Positions 10,153-23,345 of a stretch of DNA of 64,000 nucleotides are shown piece after piece. Source of the DNA: Octopus bimaculoides (taxonomy: Eukaryota); contig NC_068984.1 in NCBI RefSeq assembly GCF_001194135.2, positions 53,396,291-53,460,290 of the forward strand, given 5' to 3'. Position numbers and translations under genes: made by a program. Position 1 is the first letter of the stretch, and each line of letters opens with the position of its first letter. The notes below the pieces were generated by a model. It was not told the DNA's origin, ran no database searches, and was given only the letters and a program-made list of their open reading frames with translations.

Positions 10153-13100
10153 TTAGATTTAGGATTTGATGGATAATTTGCTTTTAATAGTCCAAATGAT
10201 TAATAACATTCCCTGAAATTAAAAGAAAAAAAAATCCATTGTATTTAGTTAAACATAGTTCATTTCACAAACACATACATGTATATGTGCATAAAAAGTT
10301 TCCTTATTGACTGATACAAGAGGAGAAATATTCAATTGTAAATCTGAAATATCTGTAACACTTGCTCCAATAATTCAAACACATAAGTTTAAATTTATAA
10401 CACTGCACTTCAATAGCATGATAACTAACTAAATATATCAAAATATGTTTAGCCTGGCTATTTTAGGATTTGGGGAAAAATCTAAATTTAGAGAAGAAAT
10501 AAAGCAAACCAAAATAATGGTTTTAAACATTACTGTGGTCAAATATAGAACTGTTCATGTTCACTACATTAAATAACCTAATATGACATAGCCATTCATT
10601 ATTAGTGAATGCAGAGAGGCAATTTCATTTACGCAACTGTTAAATTATTTTACCAAATTCATTTCTCAACAAATCTTAAAATATCACTATTTAAAATATT
10701 TATACACTTAAAATATTATATTAAATCAATTAATATTAACATTAAATATTATTAAAATTTATATTACAAACATTAGTTTAAAAGTTATATTTACAAATAC
10801 ACCATTGAAAAGCAAGAGATCTGTCTAAACATTTGAGTTTTGGCAAACTTGGAAAGAAATAGACTATCTTTCATTACAGGAACTTTAAAACTGTAATTTC
10901 AAACTTGGAAATACTAAAAAAATAAAAATAAAGCAAAAAAGATTTGAAAACTAAGAAACATGTTATTTGTCCCTTGATCAGTTCTGCTTAAACATTATGA
11001 AAAGCTATCCAATCAAGATCATACTTTTATTTTATTTTACAGTAATGAATCAAGTGTATGTGTGTGTGTGGTACAAAATGAGTAACTGGGTCAAAATGAG
11101 TAATTTCCGATTTCTCCTTATTTCCTCCCTACCTGTTTGAAACCATTACATTGCAAGTATTGCATCATCATTTTGTACTGTTGTATCATCTTTGGGACTA
11201 AAAATTGGTTAGCATAGTTGTTGAAGTTGAAGGAGTTTGAAACATAGGTGACAAGTACATTTTTTCTAGAAACTTTTCCTCAAATTTGTCCTGATTGTAA
11301 TTGATGTTGCTAATAAAATAATTGGATAATTTTTGGTGTTTAACAATCCAAATTCTTTTCTCTGTTGGAGTCCAAGTCAAATTTTTCCCCAAACTAATGT
11401 CTAATTTGGTAACTTTCAATTTTCTAAAAAGTGGAGCAATATGAGTAATGACTTATTTCAATAATTTCTTCTTTTTAACTGTATTGTGTGTAAATATACC
11501 AGAAAGAGAGCCACTACAGCAGATCATGAAGAAGATATAAAGAATATTTTACATTGAGTTTTTTTTTTATTTAGTCGAGTTTCATTAATTTCATATTGTG
11601 AGTCATTACCATGATCCTTTTTTGTTTTTAAAATTAAAATTAATTAAAATTTTTGTTGCATTTCTAATTTTTCTGATGTCTGAAGATGGATATTAATGTG
11701 TATGAATCTTTTTTCAAATACAATTCTGGAGAACTGAAGAAGCAAATTTACTTCATCTTACCCTATTCATTTTGCTCCATCTTAAATTTGTATTTTAAAT
11801 CCTCAAAGAGAATGGAGATAATTTTCTCAGATAGTGTTCTGAATATGTTATAATGTTTTTAATACATTTAAAGAATATCATTTGCTTAGCTGATATAGTT
11901 TTTGTAAGGTAGTGAACATTTATAAAAAATATATACTTTTTCTCAAAGCCAAAAATGCAGTAAATGTTACTCATTGTGTCCCACCTCCCTACTAAATTAT
12001 CAAATATGCCTTTTTGACAGAATGTAATTTGAGTTTGTCTGATATTTCTAGTAAACGTATGTATAGTTGGCTGCACAAAACATGTTTATCTTAGATTATT
12101 CTTCCCATCTACACAATAGGGCTTTCCTATAAGTAGGTTATCTCCCTTGGCTTGGCGGCGCTCCATGTAGACAATTAAACTTCCGCAGACTATCCACGCT
12201 ATTGTTATTGTTTTACGTCTTATCATGAATATAAAGCAGCTCGATAATTCAGCTATCAAAGTACTTACTGTGCCTGAGTTAAAGAAATATTTAAGATTAT
12301 ATGGACAGTATGTTACTGGAAGAAAGGCGGACTTGACTATATGTAATTTTAACTCTGAATCATTACGTTAAAAAAAAGTTTGAGTTGTCACCCTTGCCTT
12401 CAGTTGATTTATGTATTGGTTCGACAAATATCAACGTCGCTTCAATATAAGTTGTCTTGATTAATAAAACAGTTATAATATTCACCGCATTATATTTGAC
12501 ATTTCTTTTCTCACTGAAAGCAAACTAATCGTCCCTGAGACATGTTGAACTCTGCTCAAACTTGGGTTCTTTTACATCAAACACATGCGATATGAAAATG
12601 CCTTTGGCTACGACACTGGTTTGTCATATAGACAGCTTTTTCTACAAGATTAACTGAATTTAGCATTGAGGCCAATGAAATATTCATCAAATATCAGTAC
12701 TGCTGTTGGATAATGTGAGTCAGCAAAACAGTCTCTTCGTAGCCGCTCCACCTGCTAGAAATAAAAGACAAACCTCCCACAAATCACAACCCAACTGTCT
12801 ATAAAAGGATATATTGTAATTCTATGTTCCTGGGTTTCATGGTTGGAGAGCTTTTGATCTTAGGGTTGCTTGACCAGAGTTTATTTGGGGACTAAATAAC
12901 AACAGTAAATTATACGAGCCAATAAAGAAGCCTTTAGGTGGTCATTCGCCATGTCAGAAATAAAAACCAAATTCTCTGTCAAATCATACTTTACCATTTT
13001 ATAATGAAAGGAACACATTGGATAATGCAGGTTTAGATGTCACGACTGAGAAGCTCTTTATCATGAATTTACTAGATCAGAGTTGACCTGAAATTGCTCA

Positions 13101-14774
13101 ACAACAGCGAATTAGACCAGTAAATGTGGATGACTGAAACGCAATACATACACCATAACACTCCTAATATGTGAACAATTTGACTCTCAGTTGATTGTTC
13201 TGTCTCTTTTCAACTCAGTTATTTATATATAACTTTTCAGTGAGAAAATTAGTTGTTAGTCAACATGAGGTGGATTAAAATCATGTCAGCATTTTAAGAT
13301 AACAACTACTAGTTTTAGTTTAAAGTTTAGATGTTGGTTATATGAAGAGAAATTAACTGGGAAATTATCTACTTAAGAAAATAACTAAACTCTTATGATG
13401 TAAATTAACAGTGAAAGATGAACTGTGAATATGAAGTCAAATGATCTGTCACAGTAGGTCAGAAATTAGTTAAGTACAGAAGGATGAGCCAGGTCAACTT
13501 GAGAGATATGTTTGAAGCAAAAGAATTGAGAAAGTTACTTAAAATATCAATGTATTTACATAAGAGAAATGGTCACACTGGTAAAGTGTCTTTTCGATGA
13601 AAACTTATTTGAATTTTTGGAAAGTAACAACGAAAGGATTTGTAAACAATACTTGGGATAATATTAGTAGATAATTCAGTTAAAACAGGAGTTCAAGCAT
13701 CAACGTCATCCATAAGAAATGTTGTACTGCAGATCTGTTCATTTATGTCAGCACTGAAAATCAAGGCGATAAAATGATGAAGACGACCAGTGTGTGTGTG
13801 TGTGGGGGGGGAGGTGACTGTCCTCCAGTTCCACCTAATTTTTAGCATATCATTATAGTTAATGGTGGGTCCTGAGGCCCTCAACGCATTTTGGTACTGG
13901 CGTACTACACGAAGCATAAAACATCAATCGTCAGCTTTTGTAAAATAGAGGGCCCCACTGACAATTCTCTAATTGGGCCCTGTACTTCCTAGCCCGAGTA
14001 TGTGCGCGGAGCCCTGTTTTGGTGCGGAGGACAATTTAAACAAATCTGCCTAAATGGCTTAAATCCGGCCCTGAACATGACAGGTCTTAAGATATGAATA
14101 GACTAAATGAAGGAGAAAGTTTAATAAACAATGGAATTAATATTTTTGTTGAGCACCCAAATATTTGTCTTGAAAACTCAATGAAAACTATACATTAAAC
14201 TTGACTGCGTTGTTTAACAAGCAGAAACACCTCGTCATAATATTGTGCGAAAATTATACTTAGTGAGTGACTGAGTGGTGGTGTGCTTAGAAATTAGCAG
14301 AAATTCATTCAGTTCAGTCGATGTTAGAAGTTATTCCCATTAACTTTAGTTAAATGGTAACTTGTAGGCGTTGCTTTAATAGTTTCTCTTTCAAGTAAAT
14401 CTTTTCTCAACATAATGTTCCATACGCTAAAAACTATATATTGCAATAGACCAAAGAAAATTCTAATCTTGTTTTTCTAATGAGAATTGTTGCTTTCCTT
14501 ATATATTTAAACATGCTCACAGAAGAGACTTAACTTAAAAAGTTTGATGTTAAAAAGTGTCCTTTCAGAACATCCGTGCATACATACGTTTAAAGTTTAG
14601 TTACCGTCCTCGCTTTCTTTCTCTTGTAACAAAGTGATATAGTGTTCTAATAGAACAAATGTTAAAGATGTGTATATAAAAAAGAGGAAATAGAAGCGTC
14701 ACTACGTTAAGGAACTAAAAAGACGTATTTCACATTTCAAAGAAAATAATTAACAGTAAAGTGGCTGTCAGTTT

Positions 14775-14788
14775 GTTTCCAAGGAAAC
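14775..14788. promoter_or_regulatory. RFX X-box in a locally CpG-richer island upstream of gene A
   Basis: GTTTCCAAGGAAAC is a near-palindromic 14-bp X-box. A candidate non-coding first-exon donor (ACG|gtaact) lies at 14604 on the minus strand. Confidence 0.55.
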
Positions 14789-16462
14789 CGAGATTCAAGG
14801 GACGTAACTGCTTACTCATTAGCTATTCCATTAATGGAATATTTTCTTAGACCTAAATGAATAAAGTGATATATCTTTCAATTAAGCGATCCATAACATT
14901 CATATACCCACTTCACCTGACAAATTTAGCTTATTAAATTAATATGGTGTTACAAATGCAGAATAAAATATAAAAGCTTTACATTTAAGTTGTACACATA
15001 CACAGTGATACCCAACCCAGAACCACATGGTTATGAAACAACTGGTTATGAAACAAACTTTTTGTTAATTATACAGCCATGCCAGCACCAAAATTTTAAA
15101 TAGCTTTATTAATATTATTATTACTTATTTTTTTTTTTAGAGCTGTAGCTACTATCTTTAATCCAGTGGGAGTCAGTGAAACTGTGTGTTCAAGTCTAGC
15201 TATATGTTTTCTCTGAAGATAGAATACAGTATATTAAGATTTGTTAAAATTTTACCTGGGTAGACATACAATAGCAGAATAGTATTACAGCTATATCATG
15301 TCTTCCATTTTGTTCCATAGTTAAGATAGTTTCCTTCTTGACTTAGAGTGAAAAATAATAGATAACAATTTTCAAGATAGAAAAGGTGACAAATGTATAA
15401 CAAGCTTTCAAAGATGTTGTCTCTTAAGACTGCACATTCAAATTATTATGTGGACTATTATACCATCAAAAGAATCATATGTTTAAACAAAAGAAAAAAA
15501 AGCCTCAAAAAACAAAAGAACATCATTTTTTATAAACTTCCAGCCGTTGTGGTTTTCAAAATAATCATGAACTTTTATGGGTACTGCTAGCATCTATAAC
15601 TACTCAGTCTATGCCATTTGTTCTTTAAAAGATGGTAGGATGTAATTTGAGGGAGATGTTGCTGCTATGTCTAGAAGGTAGAGTGATTTCATAGAGGTTA
15701 TTTCATTGGCTCATTTGTATTTGTAGGTAGTGGTAGCTGCCTATAGCAGTGAGCAAGGTGAACTCAGTCAAAGCAGGATAGTTGCAGCTCCTCTGCATTT
15801 ATCATTGGGAGTTGTTATTGGGGGTTTATCTGAAGTTATTTTAACCACTGAATACTTCTGTTATATGGAAGTCTTTCTTGTTGAAAACTATTAAGGTCTA
15901 AGTTGCATTTATATCTTAACTCAACATACTGTTGTCTCTGTTTTATCTATTTTCATCTTCTGTCTAGAACAAAAATTCAAAGAAATATACAACAGATCTT
16001 AAAAGTTTACTGAAACTTCTAACATCCACCTGAAATAATAATAAAAAAAAAACATAATATCAGTACTGAAATACATACACAATACTACTCTACCCACCAC
16101 CCATCATTTGAGGGGCCTAGTCTCACTACTGCTTGTACCACACACACACAAAAAAAGAAAAATCACCCAATACACATTGTAAAGTGATTGGTATTAGGAA
16201 GGGGGTCAATTTGTGGAAACCATGCCAATGCAGACACTGGAGTTTGGCACAGTCCTGTGAGTTGCCAGCTCCTTTGAACTGGCAAACCCATGCCAGCATG
16301 GAAAACTGCTGTTAATTAGCAATTATAATGTTGTTCATGATAATTTAATGAAATTTATTCCACTTCTCAGCAAGGCAAATGAACTGAATCAAAATAGTGA
16401 AATGTAATACTGATGCAGTAATGACCATATTTTCTTCAGTACATTTCATAATCAGTAGAGTT

Positions 16463-17494
16463 TGTAGTGAAACTACCTCTATCACCATTATATACAAACA
16501 AGTGTGAGCGTAGTAGAAAACATCTCATTCCCTGTCATCACCTGACTGACTATTATTTCGGCGGCATTTGCCTCATACCGTTTCCCGCCAGGACGCAAAC
16601 TGACCAACCACAGCCACTAATAAGGTCATGTGAGAGAGAGTATTTTTCTGATGCCTTCTGGAGCCCCTATTTTACTATAAATAGACTAAATTATCCCCGC
16701 CAATTCATCGCGGCTCAGATCTTAGATCTGGTCGTTTGACCACACACACGTAACACAGCACCAACCAACCAGCCAGTTTCCAGCGACGACATCAACAACC
16801 ACTTCAACTACAAACTACAAGCATCGCCCCCGACGTCGCCAGCAGCAACACGGCTCTACGACTACCAGCATCGTCCCCAACAGCGTCAACATGACTTCTA
16901 CACGTACACAAGCTACCAACAGCTAACCGCAGCACTTCTCAGCCCTGTTTGTGTGAATCGCCTCACCACAGAATTAACAGCCATAACTCAGCCTGCGAAG
17001 AACCCATCTGTATTCAAGAATCCGGCGCGGCATAGAAGCCCCAGCATCACGACGATTGACAGCTCTGCCTTAACGCTTTAACCTCTTACATACAAATTAT
17101 CAATACTACGGTGTACCCTAACTAAGAACTGGTATATTTCCTTATCCGTGTTACTGACTCTTATCAATACTTGTATCACTCGCATTCACATACATGTATT
17201 ACTTGCACACACTCTTGTTTACATGACGGCCTGTCTTTAATGTGTTTTATTATGTCGCATTCACACACACACACAGACATACAATTTAATGCTACAATAA
17301 ATCTTACTGTTATACATCTCTATCGGTTGCGTTCCTATCTTGTATCCTACTGGCACATTTCTTAGTTCTCTATGTTATAGAATTATAACATATTTATCAT
17401 TTTATATTTTGTGGCGACTGTGTGATGCGTTAAAAAAGGAGCCTGTTTTCCTTTCGTCACCATTTCTCCTTTGGTTCGCACGGTCGTTCTTACA
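16463..17494 (+). mobile_element. Solo LTR (1032 bp), probably Gypsy-type
   Basis: Begins TGTAG and ends TTACA; exact 4-bp TSD AGTT (16459-16462 and 17495-17498); TATAAA at 16676-16681; AATAAA at 17296-17301; CpG-rich compared with its flanks. Confidence 0.75.
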
Positions 17495-17944
17495 AGTTCA
17501 TCAGTGGGTCATTAACTTTACTGTCAGATTTTAATTACTTGCCCTTAACTACAATCACATGGCCTACTTGGATGTCCTTATTGTTGCAGACATTTGGGCC
17601 AAGTCTCTGGTTGAGGATGACTCCCTTCCATTAAGTCATGAAGTTCTTGGAAAAGGATCATGATGCAAACTTTTCTTCTTTAAAACAATAATGACAAATT
17701 GTTATCGTGAAGAAAAGTACGAGTCAAACTTGATGATTTGAATTGTTTGTTGTAAGACATTCATCTTTAAAGAGAGAAGATCTATCATGTTAATCTAAAA
17801 GTAAATACTCATACAATCTCAAGACTTATTTTGGATTGCAGATAATAAGTCTGGTGCATATTACATTGCTCCATAATTATTAAATTGCTGAATCTTTGAC
17901 ACAACACAGGATTCAGACTTATGTAAACACACATATACATATAA

Positions 17945-17946
<2 letters not shown>

Positions 17947-18001
<55 letters not shown>
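17947..18001. repeat. (TA)n microsatellite
   Basis: Uninterrupted TA repeat. Similar tracts at about 18633-18685 and 53449-53491. Confidence 0.95.
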
Positions 18002-18003
<2 letters not shown>

Positions 18004-18244
18004 ATCATCTTGTTACACACACACACACACACATACACATGTATATATATGTTATCACTTATTAATATACTTTATCACTTTCTTTGATTTGCAATGGTAG
18101 AAAGATTAACTCTGTACTGAGTACTTAACTGAATGCAATCTTCCTTGTTTTTAATAAAGAGTAGGCCTGAAATAAATGAAGCTAGTATGCCCTGCTAGAT
18201 GTGCAATGTCAGTGTGCATGTATGACAGTGTGTATGTATGACAG

Positions 18245-18629
18245 TAAGCATCTTGAGAAAAAAATTAGGTATGAGGCATCAGATGTAGTGTGCAAGAGAG
18301 AAAACTGTGCTGGTATGGTCATGTGATGTATATGGATGAGGGAAACTGTGTAAAGAAGTGCCAATCTCTAACTGTGGAGGTATCCTGCAGAAAGGCAGAC
18401 CCAGAAAGACTTGGGATGAGGTAGTGAGATATGGTCTTCAGATGTTGAGTCTCATGGAGGCGATGACAAGTAACTGAGACTTTTGGCAATTTTCTGTACT
18501 TGAGAAGATACATCAAACTAAGTGAAATCATAGTTGTGGCCAGTGCTGGTGATGCGTAAAAGGCACCCATATCAGTGACATATAAAAAGCACCCGTGTTG
18601 GTGACAGATAAAAGACACCCAGTACACTG

Positions 18630-18630
<1 letters not shown>
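18245..18630 (+). mobile_element. RTE-clade LINE: C-terminus of the RT ORF running into the 3' UTR
   Basis: LEKKLG..IRCSVQERKLCWYGHVMYMDEGNCVKKCQSLTVE..LQKGRPRKTWDEVV, with small frameshifts, is a typical RTE C-terminus. It is followed by the ccagtgctggtg..gcgtaaaa.gcacc repeats. Confidence 0.75.
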
Positions 18631-18694
<64 letters not shown>

Positions 18695-18714
18695 TGTATA
18701 CATATTTAAGAATG

Positions 18715-19110
18715 TTTTCATGCTCACTTTTCATGCTTGCATGAATCAGATGGAATTTGTTGAGGCAGTTTTTTCTACAGCCGGATGCCATTCCTGTCAC
18801 TTACCCTCACCTATTTCAAAGCAAGATAATATTTTTCCTTGACCAGACATGTTTTTCAAAGAAGGATGAAAACAAACAACATACTTGCTTGTTTACAACT
18901 TTCATGTGACGTCAAGACAAGATATGCAGACATTTATACACATGTGTATCAAGCTTCTCTCAGTTTCTGTCTCCCAAATCCAACAACATCCACTTACAAG
19001 GCTTTGGCTGGCCCAGGGCTGTAACACAAGTCACTTGCCCAAGGCACCATGCTGTGGGACAGAACCTGAGACCACATGGTTCAAAAGCAAGCTTCCCAAC
19101 CAGAGCCAAA
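18715..19110 (-). mobile_element. SINE with head A and an alternative tail (tail G)
   Basis: Head A (rc of cccaaggcaccatgctgtgggacagaacctgagaccacatgg) is joined to the ggaaataggtgaggg.aagtgacaggaa.ggcatccggctgtagaaa tail. Confidence 0.55.
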
Positions 19111-19137
19111 CCTTTGTCTGTCTGTCTGTGCATGCTT

Positions 19138-19241
19138 GTATGTATGTATGTATGTATGTATGTATGTATGTATGTATGTATGTATGTATGTATGTATGTA
19201 TGTATGTATGTATGTATGTATGTGTGTGTGTNNNNNNNNNN

Positions 19242-19294
<53 letters not shown>

Positions 19295-19335
19295 ATGTAT
19301 GTATGTATGCATGCATGTATGTATGTATGTATGTA
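19138..19335. repeat. (TATG)n/(TG)n compound microsatellite spanning a 10-N gap
   Basis: Visible directly; gap at 19232-19241. Confidence 0.95.
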
Positions 19336-19927
19336 TACATGCATATATACATTGAAACACATTAATGGATCTCTACCTGCCATATTTATCTCATTTGGCA
19401 TTATTCAGCCTAATGCTATGATAGAAGATATTCATCCAAAGTACTACCTAGTGGGATTAAATGTGGTGTCATGTGGTTACCAAGCAAGCTTTTTCAGTAT
19501 AGAGTCAGGCCAGTATTTTTCATTGGTAGAAAGTATTTTCTTAATGACTCCCTCATCATTAATTTAATACACTTTAATCTTACATATTTTGTATATCTAA
19601 TTCCTCTCTCTACACACAATTTTGTGCAACATCAAACATTACTTTCATGGATTTCCTTTTTCTCTCTCCCAACATCCTCCATTTCAATAGTTTCACTATT
19701 AAGCCTCTATAACACTTTAGTGAACACCTTTGACTGAAAACAAGATGGTGATTGTTAGAATCCTTTGTGCTGAACAAAATATCTAGTAGTATTTAATTCT
19801 GACCCTTTAGATTCTAAGTTCAAGTACTATCAAAATTAAGTTTGTTTTTTATCCTTCCAGGGTTGATGAGATAAAGTACTAGTTAAGTGCTGAAGTTGAT
19901 TCAATCAATTGATACTGATGTCTCAAA

Positions 19928-20599
19928 CAGTGGCAGTTCGTAGATAAAGTTAGTTGGGGTGCTACTTCAGAAAATTTTTAGCTGTTGTTTTAATATTGTG
20001 TAAAAGGAAACAAACATATAAAAAGAAAATTTATACCTAAACTTGCTTGGTTCGCGTTTTATCCACTGCCGGGTGGTGTGTTTAATTTGTTCACTGAACA
20101 CTACCACGAATTTCCCCTAAATCACAAAATAAGGGGGTGGGAGAATGTGCCCTATTTTTCAAATCCTGGCAGCAACACTGAAGCTGGAAGCAGAATAATA
20201 ATCTAATTCTACACTTTATCACATTCAAGAATATAAACATGTTTTTAAGCACAACATACGTGGAGTCAAAAAGAAACTATCTTTCATCCAGCACTGTTGT
20301 TCACGCAATGCTCTCTCTCCCTAGTGTGAAGCTTCCTATCTTGGACATGTGAGCAAGCACACAAAAGCCAAACACCACATTGCTGGAACCGTGAAGCACA
20401 CAGTTCTATACAAGGATTTTTGTATTTATTTCATAAATTAGGGGATGGCTACAGACATTAAGCTTAAGGATTATATAATGTACAAGTATAAAGAAAGAAT
20501 TAAAGAAAAAAGCACTCATTATATTGAATGTTATCAATAATATCAAGTGGAAATAGGGGGTGCTGCAGTTCCACAGTTCCTATACATGAGCTGCCACTG
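19928..20599. mobile_element. hAT non-autonomous element with a perfect 8-bp TSD
   Basis: TIRs cagtggcagttcgtag / rc cagtggcagctcatgtatag; TSD GTCTCAAA at 19920-19927 and 20600-20607. Confidence 0.8.
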
Positions 20600-22000
20600 G
20601 TCTCAAAGCAAAGTTGTTACAGTATTAGTTACAATGCTGTGCAGAATTTCTTTGAGCTCTCTGCACTCTGAGTTCAAATCTCACTAAAGCCAACTTTACT
20701 TTTTATCTTTGGGTTAAGGGGTTGATAAATAAAATACTAGTCATGTACTGTGGCTAATTCTTCTTTCTTCTCTCTCACGTTTTCAAAATCAACTATAGCT
20801 GACAAGATGGTGTCTTGTAGAAAACATTAAAGAAAAGCCAAGGGAGACCATCTTTGTATTCTACAAAAATTCTATGACAAGAACTATGCGATTGTTGTGT
20901 TACATCACCAGGCATCTTTAATCAATCAGATGGCACAAAAAGAGAGCTGATGTCTCTCAGGTTTCTTCAAGCAATGAAACTATGGCTAAGAACCCCAAGT
21001 AAGTATTCTTAGTACTACTTGTACATTAAGAATGGATGAAAGAGTAAATCCCAACAACAACAATATTTCTATGAGAAGCAGTGACAACCAGATATTATTA
21101 ACTTTGAAAGACATAATGGCAGAACATTGTTACAGAAATCCTATAATCAACAGGATATGAAGCATGTCTGTTATCATGCTTATCAGAAGCTGACAAAAGA
21201 AGAAAATTGAAAAGAAACATTTGTCAAAGCTAAAACCCATATACTTGGCAGACAATCAACAGTAGTAGCAGTGAGAAGAGGTAACCATAGATCTCCCTAA
21301 AGCAAGACACCTACCTATCATACTTGAATCTCTCATCACCTGGCATCAAGCCACCTCCCTCAATACAACTCCCCCCACTTCAGTTGAGGGTTTTATTTTG
21401 CAAGAAAGATACTTGAGCTGATTCCAAGTAAAAAGCACCCAGTACACTCTATAAAATGGTTGGCATTAGGAAGGATATCTAGTTGCAGAAACCATGTCAG
21501 ATCAGACATCAGAACTTGATGCAATCCTCTGATTTGCCAGCTCCTATTAAAATGTCCAACCTATGACAGCATGGAAAATAGACATTAAATGATGATGATG
21601 ATGATGATGATGATGTAAGTTACATTATATTAAAATGTAATCAACTTTAACCATTCAAACACCTGAAATATTTGTAATTGTAAATAAAGTAAATAACATA
21701 ATTGGCTTTATTACTTAATTGTGAACTCTAAACACATAAGATGAACACTATATCGGTATATGTAAATAATATATATTTATTAATAATATGGTAAATACCT
21801 GTAATATATTTTCAGTTGATTCAATGTACATAATACAAATAAATAAATAAGGATGAAACAATAAAAAAGCTTCAACCTGCAAAGTTCTCTGATGTTTTTT
21901 GTCATTCCAAAGAGTTTCATTGAAGTGAATCTTGAAAAGCATCATTTATAAAACAACAAACAGTCTCAATAACTGGATTACATAATCAAATTTATAAATT

Positions 22001-22272
22001 CTAGAATCGATTAATGGCAGGTTTAACAAAGTTGTCTTTATATTCACTTTTGTAACTTAGAATAGGTTCTAAGCCAGCAGCCAACTGGGCAGCTTTTAAG
22101 GCTTCCTCTTTACTTAGACTTTTTGTCTCCATTTCGTATGCTCTTAATGGCTCATCAGTCTTTCTCAAAATTTTGCTGTAGGCTGATTCACTTGTATCAT
22201 TGCAAAAAATAGGTAAAGGATCATGGAGCTCAACTGTTTCTTGAGGATAAAGACTGTCGATGGTAAGATAAC
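22001..22272 (-). CDS. Gene B (uncharacterised ~357-aa protein) last coding exon
   Basis: Acceptor tttattttggaacag|, phase 1. (G)YLTIDSLYPQETVELHDPLPIF...SYKSEYKDNFVKPAINRF, then TAG. AATAAA on the minus strand at 21776-21781. Confidence 0.85.
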
Positions 22273-22799
22273 CTGTTCCAAAATAAAACAATACAAACAT
22301 TTATTACATTTACATCTAGTATCCTCATTATCATTGTTAGTGTTGTTTATATTACTCAGATGGTTTAATAAGTCAACCATAATTAAACTCCTTATTAAAT
22401 AACTGCTGGTTTCCTAGACATAAGTCAAGTGGCCACTCCAGCATAATAATAGCAAGAGTAAGGAATGGAAAGAGACGATTTGGCACAAGTGATTGGATTT
22501 TGAGCCTGCTTTGGTGAAAATAGCTTTTAGCACTGGAAGTGAACAAATATATGCACATGTGTGTACAGAAATACACACATACATATATGCATGCATGCAT
22601 GCATACATACATAGAGAGAGAGAGGGATGTCATTACAATTTATTAACTGAATACAACTGACATAAACACCTTTCCCTTTTCTCATACACATAAAGAGAAA
22701 TATATTCATATGTATAAACAGATAGAGAGAAGGGGAATGGAGGAAAGAGCGATAGACAGACAAAGAGAAAGAAGAGAGGGAGAGAGAGAGAACAAGAGA

Positions 22800-23345
22800 A
22801 ATATTAAAATGTTTGATGTCAAATAAGTCAGCATTGAATCAGTGATGCTAAATGAGCAGCACCAAGATGGCAGTACCAAAATATCTTATATCCAGTAAGG
22901 GGTATGTGGAAGAAATTCAAGGAACTGGTACTTTTTTTTTTAGCATTTTCTGTGAGAAGCAGAACATCTGAAACATGTGAAGAGTGTGATGCTGCATGGA
23001 ATTGAGATATGGAAATTGAATGTGAGAAATCTGCAGAGACTGAAGAGAAATAAGATGACCATGTTCCATTGGGTGTATAAGGTTTGCACAAAAAGCGGGA
23101 CATGATTAAGCCGCAAAGATGGTTAGGCATCAGTAGGAGGGACAACCGTATGGTATGGAGATGTGTAAACTGATAATGAATGGTGAGTAGAATCAATTGC
23201 TGTCAAATGCAAGAGATGTAAAGTGGTCAGATATCTAGATGCTGAGCTTCACAGATGAGATAACAGTTTGTGACTACTGGTAATATACTGTACAAAGGAT
23301 GTGACCAACCCTGGCCAAATAGAAAATGGAAGGTAAAACGTCAGT
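22800..23345 (+). mobile_element. Decayed RTE-clade LINE RT fragment
   Basis: CVKSVMLHGIEIWKLNVRNLQRLKRNKMTMFHWVYKV matches RTE CVRSVMLHGSETW...RLERNE.SMLRWM. Confidence 0.65.

Noticed and set aside
11070-11620. Possible DNA transposon with repeated caaaatgagtaa terminal motifs and a 73-aa ORF
   Set aside because: I could not define matching TIRs, a TSD or transposase motifs.
18885-19567. Long ORFs in the track made of YV/CV/HT/YI repeats (also at 51.4-51.7, 53.3-54.1 and 55.0-55.5 kb)
   Set aside because: They are translations of microsatellites and N gaps.
20870-20998. + strand exon-like segment MTRTMRLLCY...MAKNP ending in a gtaagt donor
   Set aside because: Short, no homology recognised, and no compatible partner exon found.
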